Shown: positions 42,567-54,072 of the stretch, piece after piece
Layout: each line of letters begins with the position of its first letter
How positions within the stretch are numbered: position 1 is the stretch's first letter
Source of the DNA: an uncultured Acidobacteriota bacterium
GTDB taxonomy: Bacteria > Acidobacteriota > Thermoanaerobaculia > Multivoradales > UBA5704
Length of the DNA: 64,000 bases
NCBI GenBank assembly: GCA_963700145.1
Contig: OY969474.1
Span: 4,128,001 to 4,192,000, forward strand
Reading direction: 5' to 3'
Program-made: the position numbers and the translations under genes
The notes under the pieces: generated by a model
The model's input: the letters and a program-made list of their open reading frames with translations, nothing else
The model's database searches: none
What the model was told of the DNA's origin: nothing

Positions 42567-45173
42567 ATGGGGAATGTCGTCACACCCGAATGCGGCGCCG
42601 AGCGGCGGCGGCGGACCTGCGTCCTCTGGGGCGCCGGGCTGGCCATCGCGCTGGCCGTCGGCTGCGCCTCCGGCAAGCCGGTGCGGGTCGCCGAGGCGCC
42701 GGCCGCGGGCACGGCGGAAGCCGCGGCCGAGACCGGCGCGCCGCCGGCCGGCGGCGAGACCGCCCCGATCACCATCCGCTCGCTCGACCTCGCCGAGGGC
42801 GCGCCCGAGGCGTTCTTGAACCTGGAGGCCAGCGGGCCCGTGGTCTGGACCAGCTACCGCGACCCCGAGGGGCGCGTCGTGCTCGAGCTGCCCAACGCCG
42901 TCCCCGCCGCCGGCCTCGCCGACCTCTCGCCCGTGGAGGGGCTGGTCCAGGGCGTCGCGATCGAGCGCGGCCAGGAGGGGAACCGGCCGCTGACCCGGCT
43001 GGTCGTGGCCACCCGCCAGCAGGTCGAGCACGGCGTCACCGCCGACGGCCCGCGCCTGCAGCTGCGCCTGATGCCGGTCGAGGAGGAGACGGTCGCCGCG
43101 GTGCCGCCGCCGTCCGCCCCGCCGGTCGAGCCCGCCGCGCCGGTTATCACCTACGAGCCGGTAACGGAGGAGAGCGAGACCGCCGAGAGTACGGCCCCGG
43201 AGACCGCCGCCGCGCCGACCGCCGACGAGGTGGCTGCCGCGATGGCGGCCGAGCCCGGGCTCCCCGGCACGGCCGATTCCCCCACCGTCGCCCCCGAGCC
43301 GCGCGGCGCGGCGGCGACGCGCCTCGAGGCCATCGAGGCCCTGAGCGCCGGCGACGGCGACACCGTGGTGCGGCTCTCGGGGGACGGCGAGTTCCCCTAC
43401 TCGACCTTCCTGATCGACGAGCCGACCCGCTTCGTCATCGACCTTGCGGGCGTGATCAACCGCAGCTCCCGCAGCACTCTCCCGCTCTCCGGCGGGCCGG
43501 TCGAGCGCGTGCGCGTGGCGCAGTTCAAGCCCTTGCCGCGGCCGGTGTCGCGCGTGGTCTTCGACCTGGCGACCCGTTTGGTGCCGCGCATCGAGCGCAC
43601 CAGCGACGCGCTGCTCGTGCGCTTCGGCACGCCGGCCGCGATCCCGCTGGCGCGCCCCGCCATGCCGGCGCCGCCGCCGTCCGCCTTCCCGGCCGAGGCG
43701 CCGCCCGAGCGCCCGGCGCCCTTCCAGACCGCCGCGGCCCAGGCGCCGCAGGTCGAGATCGAGGAGGAGGACACCCCGCCCGAGACGATCCGTCCGACGG
43801 CGCCGCCGCCGCCGCGGGGCCCCTCCCAGGTCGAGGTCACCCGCCGCCCCGAGGCGATCGAGCCGCCGGTGGCGTCCGAGCCCGGCCTGGTCACCGCCCG
43901 CCCGCCGGCCGAGACCTTCTCAGCGCAGGCGGTGGGGGAGACCGAGCGGGTCTACTCCGGCGAGCCGATCGACCTCAAGGTGACCAACGCCGAGGTCAAT
44001 GACGTGCTGCGCACCTTCGCCCAGCTCTCGGGGCTCAACATCATCGTCCAGCCCGGGGTGGCCGGCACGGTCACCGCCGAGATGGAGAACGTCCCCTGGG
44101 ACCAGGCGCTGGAGCAGATCCTGCGCATCAACGGCCTGGGCTACGAGGTCGAGGGCAACGTCATGCGCATCGCACCGGTGGCGGTGCTGCGCCAGGAGGC
44201 GCGCGACCGCCAGGACCTGGCGCAGGCCCGCGCCCTGGCGATCCCGCTGCGCACGGTCATCAAGCGCCTCTCCTACGCCGACGCCCAGGCGGTCGCCGCC
44301 GTGCTGCGCTCCGGCGCCGCCGGCGGCCTGCTGTCGCAGCGCGGCAACGTCATCGTCGACCTGCGCACCAACACCCTGATCATCAAGGAGCTCCCCGCCT
44401 TTCTCGACACGGTGCTCAAGGTGATCGAGAACCTCGACATCCCCGAGCCGCAGGTGATGATCGAGGCGCGGATCGTCGAGACCACCAAGAGCTTCACCCG
44501 CTCGCTGGGGATCGACTGGGGCTTCGACGGCGTGGCCTCGGCCGCCACCGGCAACACCACCGGCCTGGTCTTCCCCAACAACGTCGCGGTCGGCGGCGAC
44601 GTCAACCTCGGCGCCGGCGGCTCCAGCGGTCTGCTCAACGTCCGGTTGGGGAACATCCTCAACACCTTCACCCTCGACGCGGTGCTCGACGCCGCCGAGA
44701 ACGAGGGGCTGATCAACATCCTCTCGGCACCCAAGGTGGCGACCCTCAACAACCAGGCGGCCTCGATCCAGAGCGGCCTGCAGATCCCCATCCAGACCAT
44801 CGCCAACAACACCGTCACCGTGCAGTTCGTCAACGCCACCCTGTCGCTGGACGTCACCCCGCACGTCACCGCCGAGGGGACGATCCTGATGGACATCGAC
44901 ATCCGCAAGCGCGAGCCGCAGCTCGGCCTGGTGGTGCCGGGGGCGACCAACGCCCCGATCTCCACCAAGGAAGCGAGCACCCGGGTCATCGTGCGCGACG
45001 GCGGCACGACGGTCATCGGCGGCATCTACAAGCTCACCTCCGACGAGGGGGAAGACCGCATCCCCGGCCTCGCCAACATCCCGATCCTGGGGTACCTCTT
45101 CCGCAACCGGACGCGGCGTGACGAGAACGAAGAGCTGCTCATCTTCATCACCCCGCGGGTGATGAAGCTCTAA
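42567..45173 (+). CDS. pilQ: Type IV pilus secretin with AMIN domains
   Basis: Lipobox, two AMIN-like domains, VPWDQAL, QVMIEARIVE, ELLIFITPR. Confidence 0.94.
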   Translation: MGNVVTPECGAERRRRTCVLWGAGLAIALAVGCASGKPVRVAEAPAAGTAEAAAETGAPPAGGETAPITIRSLDLAEGAPEAFLNLEASGPVVWTSYRDPEGRVVLELPNAVPAAGLADLSPVEGLVQGVAIERGQEGNRPLTRLVVATRQQVEHGVTADGPRLQLRLMPVEEETVAAVPPPSAPPVEPAAPVITYEPVTEESETAESTAPETAAAPTADEVAAAMAAEPGLPGTADSPTVAPEPRGAAATRLEAIEALSAGDGDTVVRLSGDGEFPYSTFLIDEPTRFVIDLAGVINRSSRSTLPLSGGPVERVRVAQFKPLPRPVSRVVFDLATRLVPRIERTSDALLVRFGTPAAIPLARPAMPAPPPSAFPAEAPPERPAPFQTAAAQAPQVEIEEEDTPPETIRPTAPPPPRGPSQVEVTRRPEAIEPPVASEPGLVTARPPAETFSAQAVGETERVYSGEPIDLKVTNAEVNDVLRTFAQLSGLNIIVQPGVAGTVTAEMENVPWDQALEQILRINGLGYEVEGNVMRIAPVAVLRQEARDRQDLAQARALAIPLRTVIKRLSYADAQAVAAVLRSGAAGGLLSQRGNVIVDLRTNTLIIKELPAFLDTVLKVIENLDIPEPQVMIEARIVETTKSFTRSLGIDWGFDGVASAATGNTTGLVFPNNVAVGGDVNLGAGGSSGLLNVRLGNILNTFTLDAVLDAAENEGLINILSAPKVATLNNQAASIQSGLQIPIQTIANNTVTVQFVNATLSLDVTPHVTAEGTILMDIDIRKREPQLGLVVPGATNAPISTKEASTRVIVRDGGTTVIGGIYKLTSDEGEDRIPGLANIPILGYLFRNRTRRDENEELLIFITPRVMKL

Positions 45174-45187
45174 CCTGGAGTACGCCG

Positions 45188-45727
45188 ATGAACTCGCGCC
45201 GGAACCTCACGCTCCTTCTGCTCCTGCCGCTGGCCATCCTCGCGGCCTGCCGGTCGCGGACCGACCGCAGCGAGGGGACCGTGCTCCTCTCGGTCTCGGA
45301 CTTCGACGGCCTGCCGGTCGTCGTCTCGGCCTCCGCCGGCCCCTTCTCGGTCGAAGAGATCGAGCTGCGCAACGTGGCCAAGGACCCGACGGGGGTCACC
45401 GGTGACCTGCAGGACATCGAGATCCGCTCCTACGAGGTCCGCTTCTCCCGCCTCGACACCGGCACGCGCGTGCCGCCGCCGCTGGTCGAGGCGGTCTTCG
45501 GGATCGTGCCGGTCAACGGCACCACGCTCTACGAGAACCTTCCTTTCCTGCGCGCCAACCAGCTCGCCAACCCGCCGCTGTCGGACCTCGCCGATTTCGG
45601 CCGCGACCGCGAGACCAACTCGACCGTCATCCCCTTGAACGTCACCATGCGCTTCTTCGGCCGCACCCTGTCGGGCGACGACATCGCCTCGGCGCCGGCG
45701 TCTTTCACGATCGAGGTCGTCCCCTGA
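45188..45727 (+). CDS. Hypothetical lipoprotein
   Basis: LAAC lipobox, beta-rich. Confidence 0.75.
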   Translation: MNSRRNLTLLLLLPLAILAACRSRTDRSEGTVLLSVSDFDGLPVVVSASAGPFSVEEIELRNVAKDPTGVTGDLQDIEIRSYEVRFSRLDTGTRVPPPLVEAVFGIVPVNGTTLYENLPFLRANQLANPPLSDLADFGRDRETNSTVIPLNVTMRFFGRTLSGDDIASAPASFTIEVVP

Positions 45728-45749
45728 GGGCGGCCCAGGAGTACCGAGC

Positions 45750-47579
45750 ATGAACCGCTCCCGCTTCGCACGCTCCCTGGCCCTGACCGCGGTCCTGCTG
45801 GCCGCCTGGGGCTGCACGTCGGACTCGCCGACGGAGCCGACGCAGCCGCCCACGAACCCGATCCCGCCGGCGCCGGTGACGCAGCTCAACGTCACCGTCA
45901 CCGCCAATCCGCCGCAGGTGACCGCCGGCGGCTCGGAGGGGAGCGCGGTGACCGTGCGGGTGGTGCGCAGCGACACCGGCCAGCCGCCGCCGGACCTCAC
46001 CGAGGTCGTCCTCACCACCACCCTGGGCAGCTTCAACAGCGTCGGCTCGGGCGTGCAGAGCGTCACCCTGCAGCTCATCGGCGGGCAGGCGCAGGCGTTC
46101 CTCTTCCCCGGCGCCGACGTCGGGACGGCGACCGTCCAGGCGCGGGTGGGGTCCAGCGTCGGGGCCACCAACGTGCGCATCGAGGGGGCGGCCACCTTCT
46201 TCGTCGCCAGCCTCAGCCCCGGGGTCGGGAACCCGGCCGGCGGCGAGGAAGTGATCATCCGCGGCGGCGGCTTCGACGGTCCGGTGCGGGTCACCTTCGG
46301 CGGCGCCACCGCCCAGGTGCTCTCGGTCTCGCCGACCCAGATCCGCGTCCGCACCCCCTCCGCCGCCGCCGCCGGGGTCAACCCCGGGGTCGGCGAGTCG
46401 GCGCAGGTGGACGTGGCGGTGACGATCAACCTCAACGAGGCCGGGCAGGCCACCGACACGCTCGCGCGCGGCTTCGCTTTCGCCCTCGGCGGCGGCCCGA
46501 TCCTGCAGCCGCAGGTCTTCTCCGCCAACCCCGCTTCCGGCACCAACGACGGCGGCACGCGGGTGACCCTGCTGGGGACCGGATTCCAGGCGCCGGTGCA
46601 GGTCTTCTTCGGCCAGGGCACCTCCGCCGACAGCTTCAGCGGCGTCGAGGCGACGGTCGAGTCGGTGACCCCGAGCCAGATCGTCGTCATCACGCCGCCG
46701 GCGCGCGGCTTCGGCCAGGACAACGTCAACCAGAACGTGGACATCCTGGTCAAGAACGTCCAGACCGGCTTCTCCACCATCCGCCCCGACGCCTTCCGCT
46801 ACGGCAGCCGGGTGCTGATCACCGCCATGGGCCCGGGCGTCGGCCCGGCCACCGGCGGCACCATCGTCACCATCTCCGGCCAGGGGTTCGACGAGCCGGT
46901 GGCGGTCTCGATCGGCGACATCGGCCAGCAGATCATCTCGGTGACCGGCACCGAGATCGTCCTCCGCACCGTCGGCGTCCTGGTCACCGAGTGCCCGGCC
47001 AGCGGCTTCATCGAGGCGCGCGGAGTGAGAGTCGTCAACATCGAGACCGGCGACTTCGACGACGAGGACGAGCTCGTCTTCCAGTACACCGTGCCGCGGC
47101 CGGTGATCTTCGGCATCAGCCCGATCTCCGGCACCGTCGGCACCCTCGCCACGATCACCGGCTCGGGCTTCGCCGCCAACGTGCAGGTCCTCTTCGGCGG
47201 CGCCAGCGGCAGCGCCGCCCAGATCCTCTCCAACTCGGCGACCTCGATCGGCATCCGGGTGCCGACGCCCCCGGCGGACTTCACCTTCGCCACCGAGCCG
47301 TGCGACGGCAACGGCGACGGCATCGCCGGCGGCACCCGCAACATCCCGACGCCGATCACCATCGTGGTGCGCAACCTCGACAACGCGCAGTGCATCGCGA
47401 CCCTGACCAACGGCTTCACCCTGACGCCGCAGAACACCACCTGCACCGGCGACACCTCGACGCCGCCGCCGCCGCCGGTGACGCAGTGCACGGATAACTT
47501 CGACAACGACGGCGACACCTTCGTCGACGAGCTCGACCCGCAGTGCAGCGGGCCCTCGGACAACAGCGAGTCGAGCTAG
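45750..47579 (+). CDS. IPT/TIG-repeat lipoprotein
   Basis: AWGC lipobox; four GGT(R/I)VT(L/I)xGxGF-type IPT repeats; C-terminal CTDNFDNDGD..DPQC Ca-binding motif. Confidence 0.85.
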   Translation: MNRSRFARSLALTAVLLAAWGCTSDSPTEPTQPPTNPIPPAPVTQLNVTVTANPPQVTAGGSEGSAVTVRVVRSDTGQPPPDLTEVVLTTTLGSFNSVGSGVQSVTLQLIGGQAQAFLFPGADVGTATVQARVGSSVGATNVRIEGAATFFVASLSPGVGNPAGGEEVIIRGGGFDGPVRVTFGGATAQVLSVSPTQIRVRTPSAAAAGVNPGVGESAQVDVAVTINLNEAGQATDTLARGFAFALGGGPILQPQVFSANPASGTNDGGTRVTLLGTGFQAPVQVFFGQGTSADSFSGVEATVESVTPSQIVVITPPARGFGQDNVNQNVDILVKNVQTGFSTIRPDAFRYGSRVLITAMGPGVGPATGGTIVTISGQGFDEPVAVSIGDIGQQIISVTGTEIVLRTVGVLVTECPASGFIEARGVRVVNIETGDFDDEDELVFQYTVPRPVIFGISPISGTVGTLATITGSGFAANVQVLFGGASGSAAQILSNSATSIGIRVPTPPADFTFATEPCDGNGDGIAGGTRNIPTPITIVVRNLDNAQCIATLTNGFTLTPQNTTCTGDTSTPPPPPVTQCTDNFDNDGDTFVDELDPQCSGPSDNSESS

Positions 47580-47716
47580 GAGACCGGCGCCGGAGAAAAC
47601 AGGCTCTCCGTGGCGTTCCTGTAGCTCATCCAGATCCCGGGGGCGGTGGCCGCGAGGCGCCGCCCCCAAGTTGTCCCTGGACGGCCCGGCGACCCGGTCC
47701 GTATACTCGCCAGACC

Positions 47717-48751
47717 ATGAAGTCCCTGAAGTTCCGCACCCCGCTCCTCGCCCTTTCGGCCCTCGTGCTGCTCGCCGCGGCGGGGTGCGACAAGGCCTCG
47801 CCGGTGGCCCCCCAGGGGTCCTTCCTGACGATCAGCGCCAGCCCGACCAAGGTCGGCTTGACCGGCGCCTCGACGATCACCGTCGAGGGGCGGAAGCCCA
47901 CCGGCGGGGCGCTCAACGACGGCACCGAGGTCCGCTTCGTCGCCGACAAGGGGACGGTGACCCCGGCGGTGGCGGAGTTCCGGGACGGCCGGGCCACCGC
48001 CACCTTCCGCGCCGACGGGCGCCCCGGGATCGCCAAGGTGAGCGCCATCACCGGCACCAGCGGCGGCGGGGGTACCGCCACGACCGCCGCCCCGTCCTCC
48101 GGCAGCACCAGCGTGACGATCGACATCCAGGTCGGGGAGACCCCGGAGACCAAGCCGACGGTTTTGGTGAGCGCGAACCCCAACACCATCACCACCGGCG
48201 CCACCTCCACGATCACGGTGATCGGCCGCAACGCCGACGGGTCGCCGGTGCCGGCCGGCCAGAAGGTGACTCTCACTACCACGCTGGGGACTCTGGACAA
48301 CCCCCAACCGTCTACGGACGACCAGGGTACCGCCCGAGCGGTGCTCACCGCCGGAACTCAGGCGGGAACGGCCACGGTCACGGCATTCATCGGGGCGAGC
48401 GACGCGAAGAGCACGGACGTGACGATTCGCGACGTCGCGGCGAGGGTGCTCCTCAGCGCGAACCCCACCTCGGTTTCCAAAAGCGCCGCGGAGTCCACGG
48501 TCACGATCACGGCCTTGGTGAGCAACGCCCAGGGCGAGGGAGTCCCAAACGTCGCGGTGACGTTCACTGCGGACACTGGCGAGTTCAGTCCCGGTTCCTT
48601 GAAGCTGACGAACACCTCGGGGATCGCGACCGTGGATTTGACGCTGACTCAGCAGAACGTGGAAGGGGAGGATTCCGTCAGGGTGACCGCCAGCGCTCCC
48701 GGAGCCGGCGGTGAGCCAGTCTCAGGGTCGGTCGTAATCGACGTGGAGTGA
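47717..48751 (+). CDS. Ig-like (Big_1/invasin-type) repeat lipoprotein
   Basis: AAGC lipobox; three (I/V)SA(S/N)PT..STITV..G.A Ig repeats. Confidence 0.82.
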   Translation: MKSLKFRTPLLALSALVLLAAAGCDKASPVAPQGSFLTISASPTKVGLTGASTITVEGRKPTGGALNDGTEVRFVADKGTVTPAVAEFRDGRATATFRADGRPGIAKVSAITGTSGGGGTATTAAPSSGSTSVTIDIQVGETPETKPTVLVSANPNTITTGATSTITVIGRNADGSPVPAGQKVTLTTTLGTLDNPQPSTDDQGTARAVLTAGTQAGTATVTAFIGASDAKSTDVTIRDVAARVLLSANPTSVSKSAAESTVTITALVSNAQGEGVPNVAVTFTADTGEFSPGSLKLTNTSGIATVDLTLTQQNVEGEDSVRVTASAPGAGGEPVSGSVVIDVE

Positions 48752-48862
48752 GCCCTGGCGCGGCGGCTGCCCCGGACCTCCCGCCACGTCTCCTTCTTCG
48801 CCGCAAACCTCGACGGCTGAGGCGCATACGGGCGCACTACCGCCTGCTATACTCGCCGCACT

Positions 48863-49870
48863 TTGCCGCCCAGCCCGCCTCCGGACCGCCTCGACCAGCT
48901 GCGCGACCGCTGGCGTGCCGAGCCCTCTTCGCGGGGCTTTCTGCAGATCGCCGAGGAGTACCGCCGGGACGGCCGCCTGGCCGACGCCCTGGGGCTCCTC
49001 GACGAGGGGCTGCGGCAGCAGCCCGGCTACCTGGCGGCCCTGGTCGCCAAGGGGCGCTGCCTCCTCGAGCTGGGGCAGCCGGCGGCGGCGCGCGAGGCGC
49101 TCGAGCGGGTGGTCGGCCAGGACCCCACGCAGGCGGTGGCCACCAAGCTCCTGGTGCGGGCCCACCTCGCCGCCGGCGAGGCGCGCCAGGCGCGTGAGCG
49201 GCTCGAGCGCTACGGCCTGCTGCACGGCGGCGATCCCGAGGCGCAGGAGCTGGAGGCGCGGATCGCGGCGCTCGAGCGGCCGGGCCCGGCGCCCGCGCCG
49301 CCGGCGACGCGGCGCGGCGGCGACGTCTTCGACCTCACGCCGCGGCCCCTACCGCCCCCGGAGCTGCTGTTTCCGGGTGAAGAGGGCGAAGAGAAGGCCG
49401 CGGAGGCTCCTCCTGTCCCCGAGCCGGCCGCCGCCGTGCAGGCGGCGGCCACCGCGGCCGAGCCGGAGGCCGAGCCAGAGGCGGAGCCGGAGCCGGTGGA
49501 GAGCCCGAACGGCGATCCCTTCCCCGGCCTCGACACGCCCGAGAGCCGCCGCCGCTATCTGGAGGCCCTGACCGCCGAAGGGATCTTCTTCCTCGACCTG
49601 CCCGCGGCGCCGCCCGTCGAGGCGCCGCCGGCCGTCGCGCCGGCCGCCACGGTCACCCTGGGCCAGCTCTACCTCGAGCAGGGGCACGCGGCCGAGGCGC
49701 AGGAGATCTTCACCGAGGTGCTCCGCCGCGAGCCGGACAACCGGGCCGCCCAGGAGGCCCTCGCGGGAGTGGAGAAAGGCGCCGGCGACACCCTCGCCGC
49801 GCGCCGGGCCTTCGCCCTGACCCGCTATCTCGAGCGCCTGCGGCGGGGGAGCGCGCGGCATGTTCCTTGA
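48863..49870 (+). CDS. Tetratricopeptide repeat protein
   Basis: FLQIAEEYRR..YLAALVAKGRC; C-terminal TVTLGQLYLEQGH. Confidence 0.8.
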   Translation: MPPSPPPDRLDQLRDRWRAEPSSRGFLQIAEEYRRDGRLADALGLLDEGLRQQPGYLAALVAKGRCLLELGQPAAAREALERVVGQDPTQAVATKLLVRAHLAAGEARQARERLERYGLLHGGDPEAQELEARIAALERPGPAPAPPATRRGGDVFDLTPRPLPPPELLFPGEEGEEKAAEAPPVPEPAAAVQAAATAAEPEAEPEAEPEPVESPNGDPFPGLDTPESRRRYLEALTAEGIFFLDLPAAPPVEAPPAVAPAATVTLGQLYLEQGHAAEAQEIFTEVLRREPDNRAAQEALAGVEKGAGDTLAARRAFALTRYLERLRRGSARHVP

Positions 49871-50216
49871 GCGCCTGTCGCGCATCGCCGACCGCATCGA
49901 AGGCACGCTGGCGCTCGGCCTGGTGGCGCGCGACGGCATCTCGATCGAGGCGGTCAACTACAGCGCCGACCTCGACCTCGACGTGCTCGCCGCCGAGATG
50001 GTGGCGCAGGTGCGCTCGATCGCCGACGACCACCGCGAGCTGGCGGTGGGGGAGCTGCAGCAGTTCGCCGTCACCACGGACCGGCTGACCCTGATGGTAA
50101 GCTCGCTCGCCGGCGGCTACTATCTGCTGCTGGTGCTCGGCCCCGAGGGGAACTACGGCCGGGCCCGCTTCGAGCTGCGGAGAGCGCGCCTGCTCCTCGA
50201 CGAAGACCTCGCCTAG
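49860..50216 (+). CDS. Roadblock/LC7 domain protein (MglC-like)
   Basis: [22 protein letters not shown]; between the pil cluster and accBC. Confidence 0.8.
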   Translation: MFLERLSRIADRIEGTLALGLVARDGISIEAVNYSADLDLDVLAAEMVAQVRSIADDHRELAVGELQQFAVTTDRLTLMVSSLAGGYYLLLVLGPEGNYGRARFELRRARLLLDEDLA

Positions 50217-50256
50217 CCAGCCGTTTGCCGTTTGCCGCATCGACCGGGAGGGAGCG

Positions 50257-50754
<498 letters not shown>

Positions 50755-50769
50755 GAAGGGGGTTTTCCC

Positions 50770-52127
<1,358 letters not shown>

Positions 52128-52131
<4 letters not shown>

Positions 52132-52793
52132 CCCCTGGGGCCGGTTGGACACGGCGCGAAAGCTTTCGCGCCTTGGCCGGCCCGATCTACGCCATCGCCG
52201 ACGCCGAGGCCCTGGCCCCCACGCCGCCGCCCGAGGCGGTGCGGGCGATGGCCGAGGCCGGCGTGCGCTGGATCCAGCTCCGCGCCAAGCGGGCGAGCGG
52301 GGCGGAGCTCTACCGGCTGGCGGAGGAGTGCCTCGCCGCCCTGGAGGGCACCGGCGCGGCGCTCTGGATCGACGACCGGGCCGACCTCGCTGCCCTTTTC
52401 CCCTTCGCCGGCGTCCACCTCGGCCAGACCGACCTCCCCGCCGCCGCCGCCCGCAAGGTGGTGGGCGAGGGCCCCTGGATCGGCCTCTCGACGCACGACG
52501 GCGCGCAGCTCGCGGCCGCCGACGACGACGCTGCGATTGACGTGGTGGCGGTGGGGCCGGTCTTCCCGACCCGAGGCAAGGAGCGCCCCGACCCGGACGT
52601 CGGCCTCCCCTTCCTGGCCGCGGCGCGGGCACGCACGGCGAAGCCCCTGGTGGCGATCGGCGGCATCGACGCCGGTAACGTCGCGCGGGTCCTGGCCGCC
52701 GGAGTGGACACGGCGGCGGTCCTCTCCGCGGTCTGCCGCGGCGACGTGGCCGCCAACTGCCGGCGCCTGCTGGCCGCGGCCGCGGCCGGCTGA
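52128..52793 (+). CDS. thiE: Thiamine phosphate synthase
   Basis: [38 protein letters not shown]. Confidence 0.9.
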
Positions 52794-52802
52794 GGCGCCG
52801 CC

Positions 52803-53318
52803 GTGCGGCTCTTCCTCACCGGTTTCATGGGGGCCGGCAAGACGACGGTCGGCCGCCACCTGGCGGCGCGGCTGGGGCGGGAGTTCGTGGACCTCGACGA
52901 GGAGGTGGAGCGGCGGGCCGGGATGAGCGTGCGCCGGATCTTCGAGATGCTGGGCGAGCCGGAGTTCCGGCGCCTGGAGGCGGAGGAGCTGCAGCGGGCG
53001 GCGACGCGCGACGAGGTCGTCGTCGCCACCGGCGGCGGCACCGTCTGCTTCCCGGCCAACGCCCGCCTCCTCCGCGCCCGGGGGATCACCGTCTGGCTCA
53101 ACCCGAGCTTCGCCACCCTGGCCGCCCGCATCGGCGCCGGCAGCAAGGAGGACCGGCCGCTCTTCCGCGACGAGACCCAGGCGCTCGCCCTCTACCGCCA
53201 GCGCCTGCCGGCCTACCGCGCCGCCGCGGACCTGGAGGTCGAGGTGGGGCCGGCGGAAGCGGCCGAGGAGGTGGCGGCGCGGATCGTGCTGCGGCTCGGA
53301 GCCCGATGCGCTACCTGA
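52803..53318 (+). CDS. aroK: Shikimate kinase
   Basis: LTGFMGAGKTTVG, FRRLE, ATGGG, RPL. Confidence 0.94.
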   Translation: MRLFLTGFMGAGKTTVGRHLAARLGREFVDLDEEVERRAGMSVRRIFEMLGEPEFRRLEAEELQRAATRDEVVVATGGGTVCFPANARLLRARGITVWLNPSFATLAARIGAGSKEDRPLFRDETQALALYRQRLPAYRAAADLEVEVGPAEAAEEVAARIVLRLGARCAT

Positions 53319-54049
53319 TCCTCTCCGACATGCACGCCAACTGGGAGGCGTTCGAGGCCGTGCTCAACCGCGCGCGGCGGAAGCGCTTCGACGCCGTCCT
53401 GGCGCTCGGCGACCTGGTGGGCTACGGCGCCGCGCCCAACCAGGTGGTCGAGGGGGTGCGCGCGCTGCCCGGAAAGGTCTGGCTGGTGCGCGGCAACCAC
53501 GACAAGGTGGTGACCGGCATCGACACCGGCGGCGGCTTCAACCAGGCGGCGCTCGCCGCCGCGCAGTGGACCGCCGGCCGGCTGACGCGGCCCAACTTCC
53601 GCTTCGTCAAGGAGCTGCCGCTGGGGCCGGTCGAGGTGGCGCCGGGCCTGGTCATCTGCCACGGCTCGCCGCTCGACGAGGACGCCTACGTCTTCTCCGA
53701 CGTCGACGCCTACGAGATCTTCTCGGCGCACGCGGCGCCGGTCACCTTCTTCGGCCACACCCACATCCCCTCGCTCTTCACCCTCGAGCGGCGCGGCATC
53801 GGCGTGCGGGCGCTGCGCGGCGCGTCCGGGCGGATCGCCCTCGACCCGGCGCGCCGCTACCTCGTCAACCCCGGCTCGATCGGCCAGCCGCGCGACCGCG
53901 ACCCGCGCGCCGCCTTCATGACCTACGACAGCGACCGCGCCGTGGTGCGCTGGTACCGGGTGGCCTACCAAGTCCGTCGCGCCCAGGCCCGCATCCGCGC
54001 CGCCGGCCTGCCGGCGACCCTGGCCGACCGGCTGGCGGTAGGAGCGTAG
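53306..54049 (+). CDS. Metallophosphoesterase family protein
   Basis: SDMHAN, GDLVGYG, RGNHD, HGSP, GHTH, NPGSIGQPRD. Confidence 0.92.
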   Translation: MRYLILSDMHANWEAFEAVLNRARRKRFDAVLALGDLVGYGAAPNQVVEGVRALPGKVWLVRGNHDKVVTGIDTGGGFNQAALAAAQWTAGRLTRPNFRFVKELPLGPVEVAPGLVICHGSPLDEDAYVFSDVDAYEIFSAHAAPVTFFGHTHIPSLFTLERRGIGVRALRGASGRIALDPARRYLVNPGSIGQPRDRDPRAAFMTYDSDRAVVRWYRVAYQVRRAQARIRAAGLPATLADRLAVGA

Positions 54050-54072
54050 CGCCCGGCCTACGTGCCGGGCGT
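54046..54072 (+). repeat. GTAG-type REP element (copy 2)
   Basis: Identical to 5299-5325; contains the stop codons of both convergent genes. Confidence 0.75.
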
